From assembly GCA_026770705.1 (NCBI GenBank), contig JANJGN010000004.1, forward strand, positions 177,010,001 through 177,074,000: a DNA stretch of 64,000 nt, written 5' to 3'. Shown in pieces: positions 13,625-26,249 of the stretch. The position numbers were made by a program, and so were the translations under genes. The notes beneath the pieces were generated by a model. That model saw nothing but the letters and a program-made list of their open reading frames with translations, made no database searches and had not been told where the DNA came from. Each line of letters begins with the position of its first letter. Position 1 is the stretch's first letter. The DNA is from Isurus oxyrinchus. Taxonomy: Eukaryota.

Positions 13625-16600
13625 TAAGAACATAAGAAATAGGAGGAGTGGGTCATCTGACCCTGCTCTTCCATTCGACAAGTTCTTTTGGTTCAGCTCC
13701 ATCTTCCCTCATTATCCTCAATTTTTTTTAAACCATTCAAAAATCTATCTTGTACATGCTCAATGACTGAACATGCATAATTCTCTGGGATACAGAATTC
13801 CAAAGATTTAAAGCTCTTTGAGGAAATTTCTCATCAGTCCTGAACGATCAATTCTTTATTCCAAGTCAGTGACCATGAGATCTAAACTGTCTAGAAAGGA
13901 AAAGCATCCTGCCAGCAGCAATGCCAAAGAGCTCAAGAATTTTGTGTTTCATTGAAAACACCTCCCATTCTCCTAACCTCTGAGAACACTGGCCTAGTTT
14001 ACTCAATCTCTCCTCAGAACAAGCCTGTCATCCCAAGAATTATTGTACTTCCTAGCTCACTGTTGTCCAATACACTTGCCACATGTGGCAAATCAGCCAC
14101 AGATATGTGGAGAATTGACGCTATTCATTTTAGAGAGTCATAAAATAGGGCATTCTGTTACAGTGGCAGATATGAGTATAGGGTATCACTCGCTAGGCCA
14201 CTATTTATCACCGATCCCTAACTGAGCAATGAAGACCAAACATGTTGCTGTTAGAAAGCAGTCATACCACAAAGATGTCTATCAGAGAATAGTTAAATTG
14301 TCAGATTTCTGATGATCTGGAAGCTTAAAGACCACTTGCTGAATGAACCAAGAAAATGAGTTTGTTCCCTTCTCCCCATTCCTGTTCTCTAAACTGGAGC
14401 ACACTATCAGAAACAGAGTACTTCAGTTAACAGATTGTCACCACTCTTTGAGAGTGTATACAGCAGGCTTGCTTTGTGGAATAGTTGGATTGCGGAACAC
14501 TTTTGAAGCCCTTCTCCTGGCTCTGGCAGCGAATGTATCAGTCTCGATTGCTGGCAATTTAAAACCTCAAATCTATTTTCAAAAGATTGTGTGTTGCTTT
14601 TATTAATACTACATATATTTTGTATCATGTGGTGACCCAACTGCCATAAGTTTAATGAGCATCGAAGTCCTGTTGGACAACATTGCTCTAAGGCAAGCAC
14701 ATCACTCCTTCAGTAAGGAGACTAAAAACTGCACATATTCCAGCCACGGTCTCAGCAAAGCCCTACAAAATTACAGCAAGATTTCTTTACTCTTTTATTT
14801 CAATCCCTTCACAATAAAGTCTAACATACCATTTGTCACCCCAATTGCTTGCTGTACCTGCATGCTAACCTTCTGATCCCTGTATAAGGACAGGCAGATT
14901 TCTCCTCTTCTGTTTTAAATGGATGCCCCCTTACTCTGAGATTATGCCCTCTAGTCCTAGGCTCTCCCACAAGGGGGAACAACCCTGTCAAGCCGCATAA
15001 GAATCTTATATGTTTCAATAAGGTCGCCTCTCATTCTTCTAAACTCTAACGAGTGGAGGCCCAACCTACTCAACCTCTTCCCATAAGTAAATCCCTCCAT
15101 CCCCGGGATCAACCTAGTGAACCTTCTCTGGACTGCCTCCAGTGCCAGTATATTTTCCTTAGATAAGGGGACCCATTTATTACTACTACTAGTTTTCTAT
15201 TAACATCCTGAATCTATGCTAATATATTATCCCAAATCCCTTCAGTAACATTTGACACTTTGTCAAATGCTGTCTGAAAGTCCAAGTACACTTCATCCAT
15301 TGGTTTCCCTTATCTATCCTACTTACATCCTCAAAAATCTCTAATTGATTTATCAAACATAATTTCTCTTTCATAAATCTGTGTTCACTCTGCCCAATCA
15401 ACCTAATAAGTTCTAGCATTTTATCTGCTGATGCCAGGTTATCAGGCCTATAGTTTTTCGTTTTCTCTCTGTCTTCATTCTTGAATAGCAAGGATATGTT
15501 TGCTACCTTCCAATCCTTTAAGATCATTCTAACATCTAAGGAATTCTGGAAGATCAAAGCTAGTGCATCCATTATCTCTGTAGTGACCTCAAAATCCTAG
15601 GATGTAGGCCATCTGGTGCAGGGGATTCGTCAGCTTTTAATCACTACTTTTCCCTTCTTAAGACTAATGTTGATTTCTTTATGTTCCTCAGTACAAATGA
15701 ACACTTGATTCCCCACTATTTATGGAGTTTTGTGTTTCTCACCATGAAGGCGGATACAAAACATTAATTTAATGTCTTTGCCATTTTGTTATTCCTTATC
15801 ATAATTTCTTCTGTCTCTGCCCCGAAGGGACCAAAGTTTACTTTCATTGATCCTCTTCTTATTCCCATACCTATTGAAGCTTTTACAACGTATTATGTCC
15901 TTTGCGAGTTTACTCATATTCCCATTTTCTCTACCAATTCCGTGATCACCCTTTGCTGAATCCTAAAATCCTCCCAATTCTCAGGTTTACTGCTCTTTTT
16001 GGCATTATTCTAAGCCTCTTCTTTTAATCCAATACTATCTGTCACTTCACTGACTAAACAAGAGTCGGCCATTTTATCAATGTGCTTTTTAGCCTTTAAG
16101 GGAACATTTATTTGCTGTGAGTTATTAGTTATTTATTTAAATATCTTCCATTGCTTAGATTTTAATCTAGTTTCCCAATCTATTTTAGCCAATTTACCTC
16201 TCATACCTGCATAATTTGCTTCATTTAGATTAGGAACCTAGTTTTGGACTTAATTAGATCACCCTCAGTCTCAATATAAAATTCTATCATTTTGTGGTCA
16301 CTCTTCCTCAGAGGTTCCTTGAGGACAAGTTTAAATAACTCCATTTTATTGCACAATAAGAATCTTAAAACAGCCTGTTCCCTGCTTGATTCCTTGACAT
16401 ATTGATCCAGAAGATGACCTTGAATGCATTCCATGAACTTGTTCTCTATGCCACTGTCGCAAACTTGTTTTTGCTCACGCTGTATGAAGATTAAAGTCCC
16501 CCATGTGTGCTGTATTACCCTTGTTACATGCACCTCTAATTTCCTGAGTTATACACTGCCCAACACTAAGTAATTTTAGGGAGCCTATAAATTACGCCCA

Positions 16601-17545
16601 TCAGTGTTTTCTGCCCTTTGTTGTTTCTTAGCTTTACCCAAACTGATTCTATGAGTTTCCGAACCAAGATCCTTTTTTTCTACTGTCTAAATCCCATACC
16701 TAATGATAGGGCTAGCAGCACCACTACCCACCCCTCCCCCCCCCACCCCACCACACCCCCAACCACCTCCCCCTCCCCCTTCCCCTTCCATTTTGCCTTT
16801 CTTCTAAAAGGCAAGTATCCTGGAATATTATTAGTTCCCAACCATGTCCCCATAATGGCAAGATCAAACACATTTATTCCCGTTAATTCATTTTTGTTGC
16901 AAATTTTTCATATTTGCATACAGTAACTTCAGTTTAAACTTTTTTTAATTTTTCCTGTTGTTAGCTTAGTCATTAATTGCCCTTTTATCTTTGTAAAGCT
17001 CAGTCATTTCCTGAGTCACTCTGCTCCTTTTTACCTAAATTATTTTTCTGCTCTAAAGCCTAGACTTTTCTCATCACTTTTGTAGGTACCCTTTCCTGAA
17101 TTCTTCCACACTATTCCCCTCCTTCATTAGTTTTAAGTCCTGTCTACCATTTTAGTCATTCAATTTTCTCAACACTACAGCTCCCTATTTCCCCAGCACA
17201 GAATGAAAACCCCTGCCTCCCACACCACCCTTTTAGCCACACATTTAACCCTCTGCTCTGTTTGACACTATGCCAATTCGAGCGTGGATCAGGTAATAAT
17301 CTAGAGATTAATGCCTATGAGGATCTGTATTTTAATTCGGATCTTAGCTCCTCAAACTCTCTCAGGATGTCATTCCTAGTTCTACTCATGCCAATGTTTC
17401 CCACATGGGCAACAGCAAGCTGGATCCTCCCTTTTGCACTCCAAGTTTTTCCCAGTTGTGAGGAGCAGAGGCCTCTAATCCCGGCACAGGGCAGGCAACT
17501 CAATCTTCAAACCCCCAGTCGCGGCTGCAGAGAACAGCCAGACAT
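13625..17545 (-). mobile_element. Old, near full-length decayed CR1 (with nested younger pieces) ending ~45 nt from the SPCS3 exon 3 donor
   Basis: 3' tail at 13625; DWKVANISLLFK/NYRP (15219-15572); PLRKSDHKMIEF (16225-16533); esterase remnant CLPCAG..VAHVGN (17315-17503). Confidence 0.8.
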
Positions 17546-17592
17546 TTTCTAGATTTCTATTGATCAGGATTCCATTTAGAAAACATACTCAC

Positions 17593-17669
17593 ATTATTCT
17601 TAGTTTTGTACTCCGCTGATAAATAAAGGAACAGCTGCTTGACGTTCCAGTCAAATATTGGCTTCAAAT
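17593..17669 (-). CDS. SPCS3: SPCS3 exon 3
   Basis: 77 nt; (D)[25 protein letters not shown]; preceded by an AC acceptor, followed by a GTGAGT donor. Confidence 0.96.
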
Positions 17670-19764
17670 GTTGAATGCAGTTAAAGAAGAAAACATGCAG
17701 CAAGAATACCTTTATCTAACTGGTGGCAAATTCTTACTGCTCAAAAACATTTTTATTTATCAAGTCTAAAAGAGAATTAATAGATTACGCTCCTGTTCCA
17801 TTTAACTAAAGGGTCTTAAGTAGACCAACCATAATCAGGAACACACTTAATTCTGCTTCTGTTCAGCTCCCAGAAAGTGTCATGAACAAAGTCACATCTG
17901 TGATTTGCTGGCTCTTTCCCTTAACAGCTGTAAAAATTTACCCAGAAAGAAAACCCTCGTGGGTATTAAGGATGACCCAGAAAAGCAATTAAATTACAAA
18001 TTCTGGGATGTAATAGCCGCAGCACAGGTATCTTGAACCCATTACTTAGCTGGATTTTTACAAGCACAAAACAAAAAGTGCTCCAAGTGTCCTTCCCCAA
18101 CATTTTGTCAATTTTCCTTATTCATGAGTCTACTAAAAGGTTTTCCAAAGATTGTTGTAAGGATTAGAATGCATAGACTTAGATATACAATTTTGCTCTG
18201 GGCCACTCGAGTAAATGATGCATCAATATAGTAGTTGCTAACAGAGAAAGGAATATGCAAAGAGTGTTGCTGGCAGATTGGATTTCTACCTGAAATTTAG
18301 AAATGCCATGTGGAAAAGCTATGGTTGAGAATTTACAGAGAGGTTTTATGCATATATGATTGAATTTTTACTTACCTCCTAAAGGGATAATGTTATCTGT
18401 CATGCTCTTCACCAGGGCTAAAAACCACAGAACCATTAGAAAAGCAGCCATAAAAAGCCATGTTTCATCCATTGTCATTGTCATTTTAGATATGTTGCAC
18501 TGAAGGTTGAACTCAGTGCTTCAAACAACTCTACATCTACATTTCTTACTGACAGCAAACATTTCCACTTGCCCCATCCCTTTCGTTCTCCTGTCCAACT
18601 CTGTGTTCCCAGCCCCACCTGACCCAAGTCTGGAACTGCGTCCCTTGTAATCCAAACCTGGAAGCCTTGGTAGCAGCTTCACAGGGAATCTACTAATGGT
18701 CTTATTAAACAAAAGCAAATATTTAAGCACTGCTCCAACTTTAAAGGGGTGAATAAGTAAATCAATAATAGTGTCATGTTTTCTTCAAGGTTTTTTGCTT
18801 TTATTCATTCAAAAGAGGGGTGTGTCACTGGCAGGGCCAGTATTCGTTGCCCACTCTTAATTGCCCTCAAGAAAACGGTGGTGAGTCGCCTTCTCGAATT
18901 GCTGCAACCCATCTGGTGTAGGAACATTCAGTACTGTTAGAAAGGGAGTTCAAGGATTTTGAACCAACAACGATGAACAAACAACGATACAGTTCCAAAT
19001 CAGGAAGGTGCGAGACTCGGTGGGGAGCTTGCTGGTAGTGGTCCATACTCCTGTTGCCCTTACCCTTCTAGGTGGTAGAGGTCATGGGTGCAGAAGTGTG
19101 GCGACAAAAAACTGATTTTAGACCCCCTCCCTATAGCAGTGATTGCATGACACGATTATATTTCTTTGCGGCACCAGCAATTCTCAGAACAGCAGTTCAG
19201 TCTATGTCAGTGTACATTATACACAGCAAGAATCTGCTTTAAAAAGATCATTTTGATAATAGATAGACTGATGAATTCTCATCCATATTTAGCATGTTTT
19301 TTTTTCCAAAATTGGCCTGTACCAAACACTTTGTACTAGGATAAGAAAAGAATGCCTAAAGTTTACATTCAAATGTGACAGGATTGCATGCTCTTAGTTC
19401 TGCTCACTGGCGCTTAACTTGGAATGCCTGCTGTCAGCCCTGCTTATGTTAGAATTAAGATGTTCTTTTGACATCAGCTTTCAACATTGCTCCTGCAGAC
19501 TTTAATTAAATGAAGGGGAGAATTCTTTGGCAGTTCAAGCAGTACCATAGCTGTTTACAGATGAGCTTAAACTCCCAGTGCATTAGTCAAACTGCTCAGC
19601 TGCTAGACTTCAGATGCAGCGATGGTTCAGTTTCAGTATAATTTGGGCAGCTTCCCAACACAATCATTGTAACAAAATTTCACTGTGACACCATCACTGG
19701 GCACACGTGTCCCACTCTATAATCTGTAATGTTTTGTTTGTGCAAAATATGTTTCAAAGGATAT
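17670..19764 (-). other. U12-type (minor spliceosome) AT-AC intron, SPCS3 intron 2
   Basis: 5' site ATATCCTTT (19764-19756), branch point TTCTTTAAC (17688-17680), terminal AC (17671-17670); AT-AC splicing restores the reading frame (G|AT = Asp). Confidence 0.95.
18800..19100 (-). mobile_element. 3' tail fragment of the CR1/L2-group LINE
   Basis: Similar to 4270-4560. Confidence 0.75.
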
Positions 19765-19838
19765 CGGCAGATAGGTCAAATGTGATCAATCCCAAGTCAC
19801 TTCTTTCTCTGGGTCCCGTAAAATCTTCCACGTTTTTC
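19765..19838 (-). CDS. SPCS3: SPCS3 exon 2
   Basis: 74 nt after ttttattacAG; [24 protein letters not shown](D); followed by ATATCCTTT. Confidence 0.96.
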
Positions 19839-20869
19839 CTGTAATAAAAATGTTCGAGTCCTTATTATGTAAACCACATTCAAGATACATTATAGTTATT
19901 AAGGATGGTGTGGGAAGTTAATCCCCAAGGTTCAAGTCCCACTCCGTGACTTGAGCATAAAAAATTCATGGCTAAATGCAATCACGATTGCATTGCTTAG
20001 ACTATTTTTGGATTAAATTGTGCCAGTGAGGCACTCTCAATTGGAGCAGCATATTCATTGTTTTAGTGAGCAGACATAGGAGAATCCATTTGTTCAGTGA
20101 GAATCTTATAGTACAGACAGTGGCCATTTGGCCCACCATGCCTTTGCCAGCTCTTAGAAATCACAATTCAATTGCTCCTCCTAGCCAGCTCTTTCACCAC
20201 AGCTCTGCAAACTTTTCCCTTTCCTATGTTGCCACCTATGTTAGAATGCAGCGAGTGATCACTCTTAAGTACCTATACACCTCCACACAGTCTGGACCCC
20301 AAGCAAGTCCGAAAACTACCATTTGAAATCCCACTGGCATAATTTAATCAAGCAACACCAGAACTTTTCCAAGACCTGTCAGGGTGGAAAATTAATTTTA
20401 AGTCGACGATCAAAAGATCTGGCACTGTTTCCAATCCACAAGGTCAGTGTCAATCTTAACCCTGCCAAGTTAAACACAGGCAAGTTGTTTTTTTTTTGCA
20501 AACCAAAGAATATAAATGCATGAATGATTTTACACAACCAAAGTATAGCAGTTACTAAGCAGTACAACCTAAACTTCTATTTTACAAATTTATTCACGAT
20601 AAATTTTGTCCTTCAGTAATCACTGTATGGCATTAACATTCAAGCATAAGCAAGATACCATGGATATGTCACCATTCATTCAATACAGCCACAGTCCCAG
20701 AGGTGAGAGTGACCACCCTTAACAAGGCAACATCTGACCGATAGCAGGGTTAAGGAGCACAGATAAAAACAAAGTTAATGGGGATAAGAGGGAAAACTTT
20801 CCACTGATTGGATTCCGTGGAGCACAAAGGAATTCTTCAGCTAATGAAGCTTCACGTGCCTACTTGCAG

Positions 20870-21375
20870 AAGGACCTGGACAGCATCTAGCCTCGGGTTG
20901 ATAAGTGGCAAGTAACATTCACACAACACAAATGGTGACCAAGTGACCATTTCCAACAAGGCAGCTGGTGCACCTCCTCTTGACATTCAACAGAATTACC
21001 ATCATTAAAACCTCCACCGCTAACATTGTGGGAGGGGGGTCACCATTGACCATAAATGTAACTCAGTCAGTCACAGAAATACTGCAGCTACAAAAGGTCA
21101 GAATCTGGGTATTCTGTGGTAAGTGCCTCACCTTCTGACTCCCCAAAGCTTTCTACCACCTACAAGGCACAAGTCAGGAGTATGGCAGAATACTCTCCAC
21201 TTGTCTGGATGAATGCACTGCACCAATGATACCCAAGAAGCCTGATGCCATCTAGGACAAAACTTGATCAGACTCCTAACCACCTCAACCATTCAGTCCC
21301 CCAACCACCAGGATACCATTGCTGCAATGTGTACCTTCTACAAGATGCACCATCAACTTTTACCAAGGCTTGAGA
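20870..21375 (+). mobile_element. CR1/L2-group LINE RT fragment
   Basis: ctacaaggcacaagtcaggag etc., inverse of 4600-5050. Confidence 0.75.
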
Positions 21376-22034
21376 GCATCTATGGCTTCTCACTATGACC
21401 CATAGAAAAATCAAGTAGCTTACCTTAATCCACAGCTATATGCCTTATACAGTAGGAGAGATGGTGCTTCAAAAAGTGTCCATTAGTCAATGAGCTGATA
21501 ATCCCATTTCAAACAGTTCACATGACATATTGTATTAACAAGTGATGAATTTAACCAGCTACATTTTAGTTCTTTGTAAAAAACTGATGTGGGAGTAGAG
21601 AATTTAAAGCAAAGGCAATTGATTCCTGATGTCAAAAAATTGTTACAAGGAAGATTAAATTCTTTACCCTTGAAAGGACATGAATAACATGAACCATACA
21701 GGAATATGAAGATAACAAGTGGAATGAATTAGAGTTCAAGATAATCTCTTTTAAGTTAAACCTTGAAAGCATAACAAGGCAAAAAATAAATAAATGAATA
21801 GAAGGCAAGTTTAGGATTGACACCGAAATGATTAAATCCTGGAATCGTGTCCTGGGTGGAATAGTGGAAGTACAATTTAAGTCATTCAAAGGTCAGTGGA
21901 TGCTAGGATTGGAGGGGAGGAAATTAAAATTGTAAAGCTCTATAGGAAGTTGAACTAGAGGGACAGAATGGTACCTTGCCCTCATCTGCAACTAGCAAGG
22001 GTCACTGGAGAACACCAGAGCAAATTCCTAGCAA

Positions 22035-23130
22035 TTCATTTGTTTTTGTTCATTCATTCATGGGATGCAGACACTGCTGGTTAGGCCAGCTTTATTGTCC
22101 ATCCCTAGTTGTCCTGGAGAAGGTGGTGGTGAGCCACCATCTTGAACCACTGCAGTCCATGTGGTGTAGGTACACCCACAGTTGTGTTAGGGAGGGGGTT
22201 CGAGGATTTTGATCCAGCGACAGAGAAGGAACGGCAATATTGTTCCAAGTCAGGATAGTGTGTGGCTTGGAAGGACTTATGGTGGGAGATTCAACGATGG
22301 TAATGCCATTGAATGTCGAGCAGAGATGGTTGGAAGGCAAGTATTAGGCTGGTTTCTCAGCTTAGGGTCTCATGTTACCAGGTGAAACAGCAATTAAGAA
22401 CTTAGAGCAACAGTAACATGTGATCAACAATCCAATGAATTAGGTGGATGAATCTACTAGTGCTACCCTACAGCATAGACATCAACATCTTTTCTCAACT
22501 GGCATACTCAGGCAAAAGCTGAAGAGAATCATGTTCTACTAACATCCTGTGGGTTATCCAGAAACTGAACTGAACCAGCCATATAAATACTGTGACTATA
22601 AGAGAAGGTCAGCGGCTGGGAATTCTACAGCAAGTAAAACACCTGACACCCAAAGTCCATCTACAAGGCACAAGTCAGGAGTGTGATGGAATACTCTCTA
22701 CTTGCCTGAATGGGTGCAGCTCCAACAACACTCCAGAGGCTTGACACCATCCAGGGCAAAGCATTCACTCCCTCCACAGCGAATGCACAGTAGCATCAGT
22801 GTGCATCATCTACAAGATGCACTGCAGCAAGTCACCAAGGCCCCACCAACAGCACCTTCCAAACCTACAAATTTCTAGCGCCTTAAAGGACAAGGGCAGC
22901 AGATGCATGGGAACACCACCACCTGCAAGTACCCCTACAAGCCACTAACCATGCTGACTTGGAACTATATCACCATTCCTTCACTGTCACTGAATCAAAA
23001 TCCTGAACTCCCTAACAGCACCATGGATGTTCCTATGCCAAATGGACTATGTTCAAGAAGGTGGGGTCACCATCACTTTCTCAAGGGCAATAAATACTGG
23101 CTTAGCTAGTGGTATCCATACCCTGTGAAA
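22035..23130. mobile_element. Two oppositely oriented 3' fragments of the CR1/L2-group LINE
   Basis: 22035-22335 (-) and 22560-23130 (+) both match the 4270-4900 element. Confidence 0.75.
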
Positions 23131-23407
23131 GTATAAATAAGAATAAAATGATGCCCAGGGAGGCTTTAGCACACTTGCTTCTGTGCACAGATAATCAGAA
23201 AGCTGGAAATTAATGTTCATCCATGGAAATGGTTTATTTAGAAGAGAATATTTGTTCATGTTGACCAGCCTTTTTACTACTTTGTTGTAAAAATAGGGGA
23301 TTATTCTAATTTTTAATCAAGTATGTCAGGAAGCATTCTTGTAACTCTTTTGAGAAACAACTACATAGACCAGCAGGTCCCAGAAGCAACTCAAGGACTA
23401 TGCTGAG

Positions 23408-24095
23408 TAATTCTTTCGAGTACAAACCCATTTCCATCTGTTTCAGATGAAGTTACATTGTTTCATAGTTTTGCCATTGTGAGATTTGAACTCTTGATCT
23501 TGGGGTTACAAACCCAGTACCATAACCACTTGGCTATTTAGACCAAGCTAAGATTGAACAGTGTGCTGTAACTCTTTCGAGTTTTCCATCTGTTCCTATT
23601 CAGATGAAGTTACATTGTTTCATACTTTGCCATTGTGAGATTTGAACTTTTGATTTCTTTTGAATACAAACCCGTTTCCATCTGTTTCAGATGAAGTTAC
23701 ATTGTTTCATAGTTTGCCATTGTGAGATTTGAACTCTTGATACTCTTTCGAGTACAAACCCGTTTCCATCTGTTTTCAGATGAAGTTACATTGTTTCATA
23801 GTTTGCCATTGTGAGATTTGAACTCTTGATCTTTGGGTTACAAACCCAGTACCATAACCACTTGGCTAATTAGGCCAAGCAAAATTGGACAGGTTAGGCT
23901 TGTAACTCTTTCAAGTACAAACACATTTGCATCTGTTTCAGATGAAGTTACATTGTTTCATAGTTTGCCATTGTGAGATTTGAACTCTTAATCTTGGGGT
24001 TGCAAGCCCAGTACCATAACCACTTGGCTATTCAAGCCAAGCCTTAACAACTTGGGGTTACAAACCCAGTACCATAACCACTTGGCTATTTAGGC
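23408..24095 (-). repeat. Tandem cluster of ~140-bp tRNA-Thr(UGU)-like SINE/satellite units (3 full, 3 partial)
   Basis: Minus-strand unit GCTTGGCCTAAATAGCCAAGTGGTTATGGTACTGGGTTTGTAACCCCAAGATCAAGAGTTCAAATCTCACAATGGCA plus tail; A box, TGT anticodon loop and B box present; acceptor stem poorly paired. Confidence 0.85.
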
Positions 24096-26249
24096 TACAG
24101 GCAGTGACCGGGCCAATACTTAACGAGGAAGACACTAGCAAAGCGGGAGATTCTCGCTTTGGAAGTATCTTTTACAGATCAAGACTGTGAATGCAATATT
24201 ACCTCAAATTTAGTTCCCAGAAGTCAAGTACTTTGTCAAAACTGGTTAATTCATGAACCTAACATATAATTGATTAACCGACTGTGGATCTTGGAGGGGA
24301 ACTCGCAAGTGGTGGTGTTCCACTCGTCTGATGCCCTTGTCCTTCTAGGTGGTAGAGGCCACAGTTTTGAAAGTTACTGTTGAAGGATGTCTGGCGAATA
24401 AAAATGATTAAACAATACACCTGTGTACAGTAACATGTTGCATAACTTACTCCTCAATAAAGGTTTTAACAAGTACAGCACGACCATAATCTTATGTTGT
24501 GCACGTATCTCAACACAACAATAGCTTGAAAAATAGCAGGTGGATAGCCTGAAAGTTTCTCCTCCGTGTTGGTTACAAGGAGTAACTTAGTGTCATTGTA
24601 TGATTGGGTTATATCAAATCAAATTAGCTCAGTGTCCACAATGGCAACTGGTGTGGAAAAGGGGAAGATTCATAACAATGCAGTTGGGAGTATGCAGAAG
24701 ATAGAACTGGGGTAGACTGGAGGAGTGTTTTCTAAGATGCAAGTCAGCTTGATGCCAACACTGAACAGTGATTTTAAGAATACGATAGCGTCTTAGAAAC
24801 AAAGTGAAAAAAAGTGTACAAGACAAACAAGTCTTGTTTCTCTTTCCACAGATGCTGCCTGACCTGCTGAGCATTTTTGACACTTATTATTACTTATCAA
24901 AATGTCAAGGATGAAGGAATACAGAGTTGTATATGCAACTCATTAAGTTAGGAGGCACAGTTACATCACAGATAGGATTTGAACAATGGCAAGTAATTGG
25001 AGTTGAGGTGCAGATCAGGTACGATCTAACTGAATGAGGGACAGGTTTGAGGGGCTGAATGGCCTATTCATGTTCCTATCTTTCCTATTAGGATACAGGG
25101 CATCAATGGATGCTATTGACATTTAATGTTCTCACAATGCTGTATTTGTTAATGCCTTTATTAAGGAGTTGATTATGCAACATGTTACTATGCAGTTAAT
25201 GTTACAGTCTGAATAGGTAATTAAGTTTTTAGATAACAGGTACGATTTGTGCACCCATTATCTACAGAATGAATATGGATGAACATTGCTGTGTCCAGTA
25301 CTTTTGTTAATATTTCTCTACATGTTCAGCTACTTCCTACCCGTTCTGCACTACTATCATTTCAAATCTAGCCAGAAACATAGCAGAATTTGAATTTCCC
25401 TCAATTGAAGTTTATCTTTAAGCCGAGCCACAGGAGATTTTACACTATGGGCCCTGGTGTGATGAAACAGCTGAGCAGCACAAACAGTACCTGATACTTT
25501 ACACAATGTTACCTCTGCTACACACGCAAACGCTGCCAGTCTACTGGTTTTCCAAAATATACTCCAATACTTCTTCCACTGACTCAAAAGACTTCGAACC
25601 ACTTAGACAGAATCAAAACAATATCAGCCAACAGCTGCAGCCTTTAAATAAAAAGGCCACCAGCGCAGTCCCCAAGGCAAACCTGTCTGGCATTTTCAGA
25701 TGACCTAGAGAACCGGCCATATAAAATAAGAAACTTAAATTCTGCACACAGTACAGCCTTGATCTGTGGAACAAGGCCAGTGTGTTAGAGACAATCAGGC
25801 ATGCTGAAACAGACAGCTGTTATACCAATCATTAGGGGTGCTGGTGATCTAGTGAGAAGCAGTCAACCATTCTGTGCTTCAACGAAGTTTGCTAACTGGC
25901 ATGGGGGCGTTTGGAAATTATCCACATTCAGGGAAAACACTTCCTGAGCTTCTAAGGAGATCAAAATTGTTTGGTCAAAGCACAGATTGCCTCTTTCCAA
26001 AATACTTGAAATTTTGAAGGTCACCGCAATGAAATGCTACAGTGCTGGAACACAGAAACATATGCATTTCAGGAACCCACTCTCAGCAGGTCATGGATAG
26101 ATATAGACATCCTTCGATATGCCTCGAGCACAATTTCAACATTAGTGTGACTTTGCCAATTCCCAAATCACCTATTCCAATGACTGTTCCCAGCAAGCTT
26201 CATTTAGTCCTAAATTAACTGCTGTTTTTGTGCCTTCAGCCAACTGGAA

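Noticed and set aside
23408-24095. CRISPR-like repeat-spacer array or functional tRNA gene cluster
   Set aside because: Units are ~140 bp, linkers resemble each other, there are no cas genes and the context is vertebrate; acceptor stems pair poorly, so these are unlikely to be functional tRNAs
25357-25703. Unique-looking ORFs in SPCS3 intron 1, with a CAG|GTACTG donor-like site
   Set aside because: No similarity to SPCS3 exon 1 or any protein I recognise
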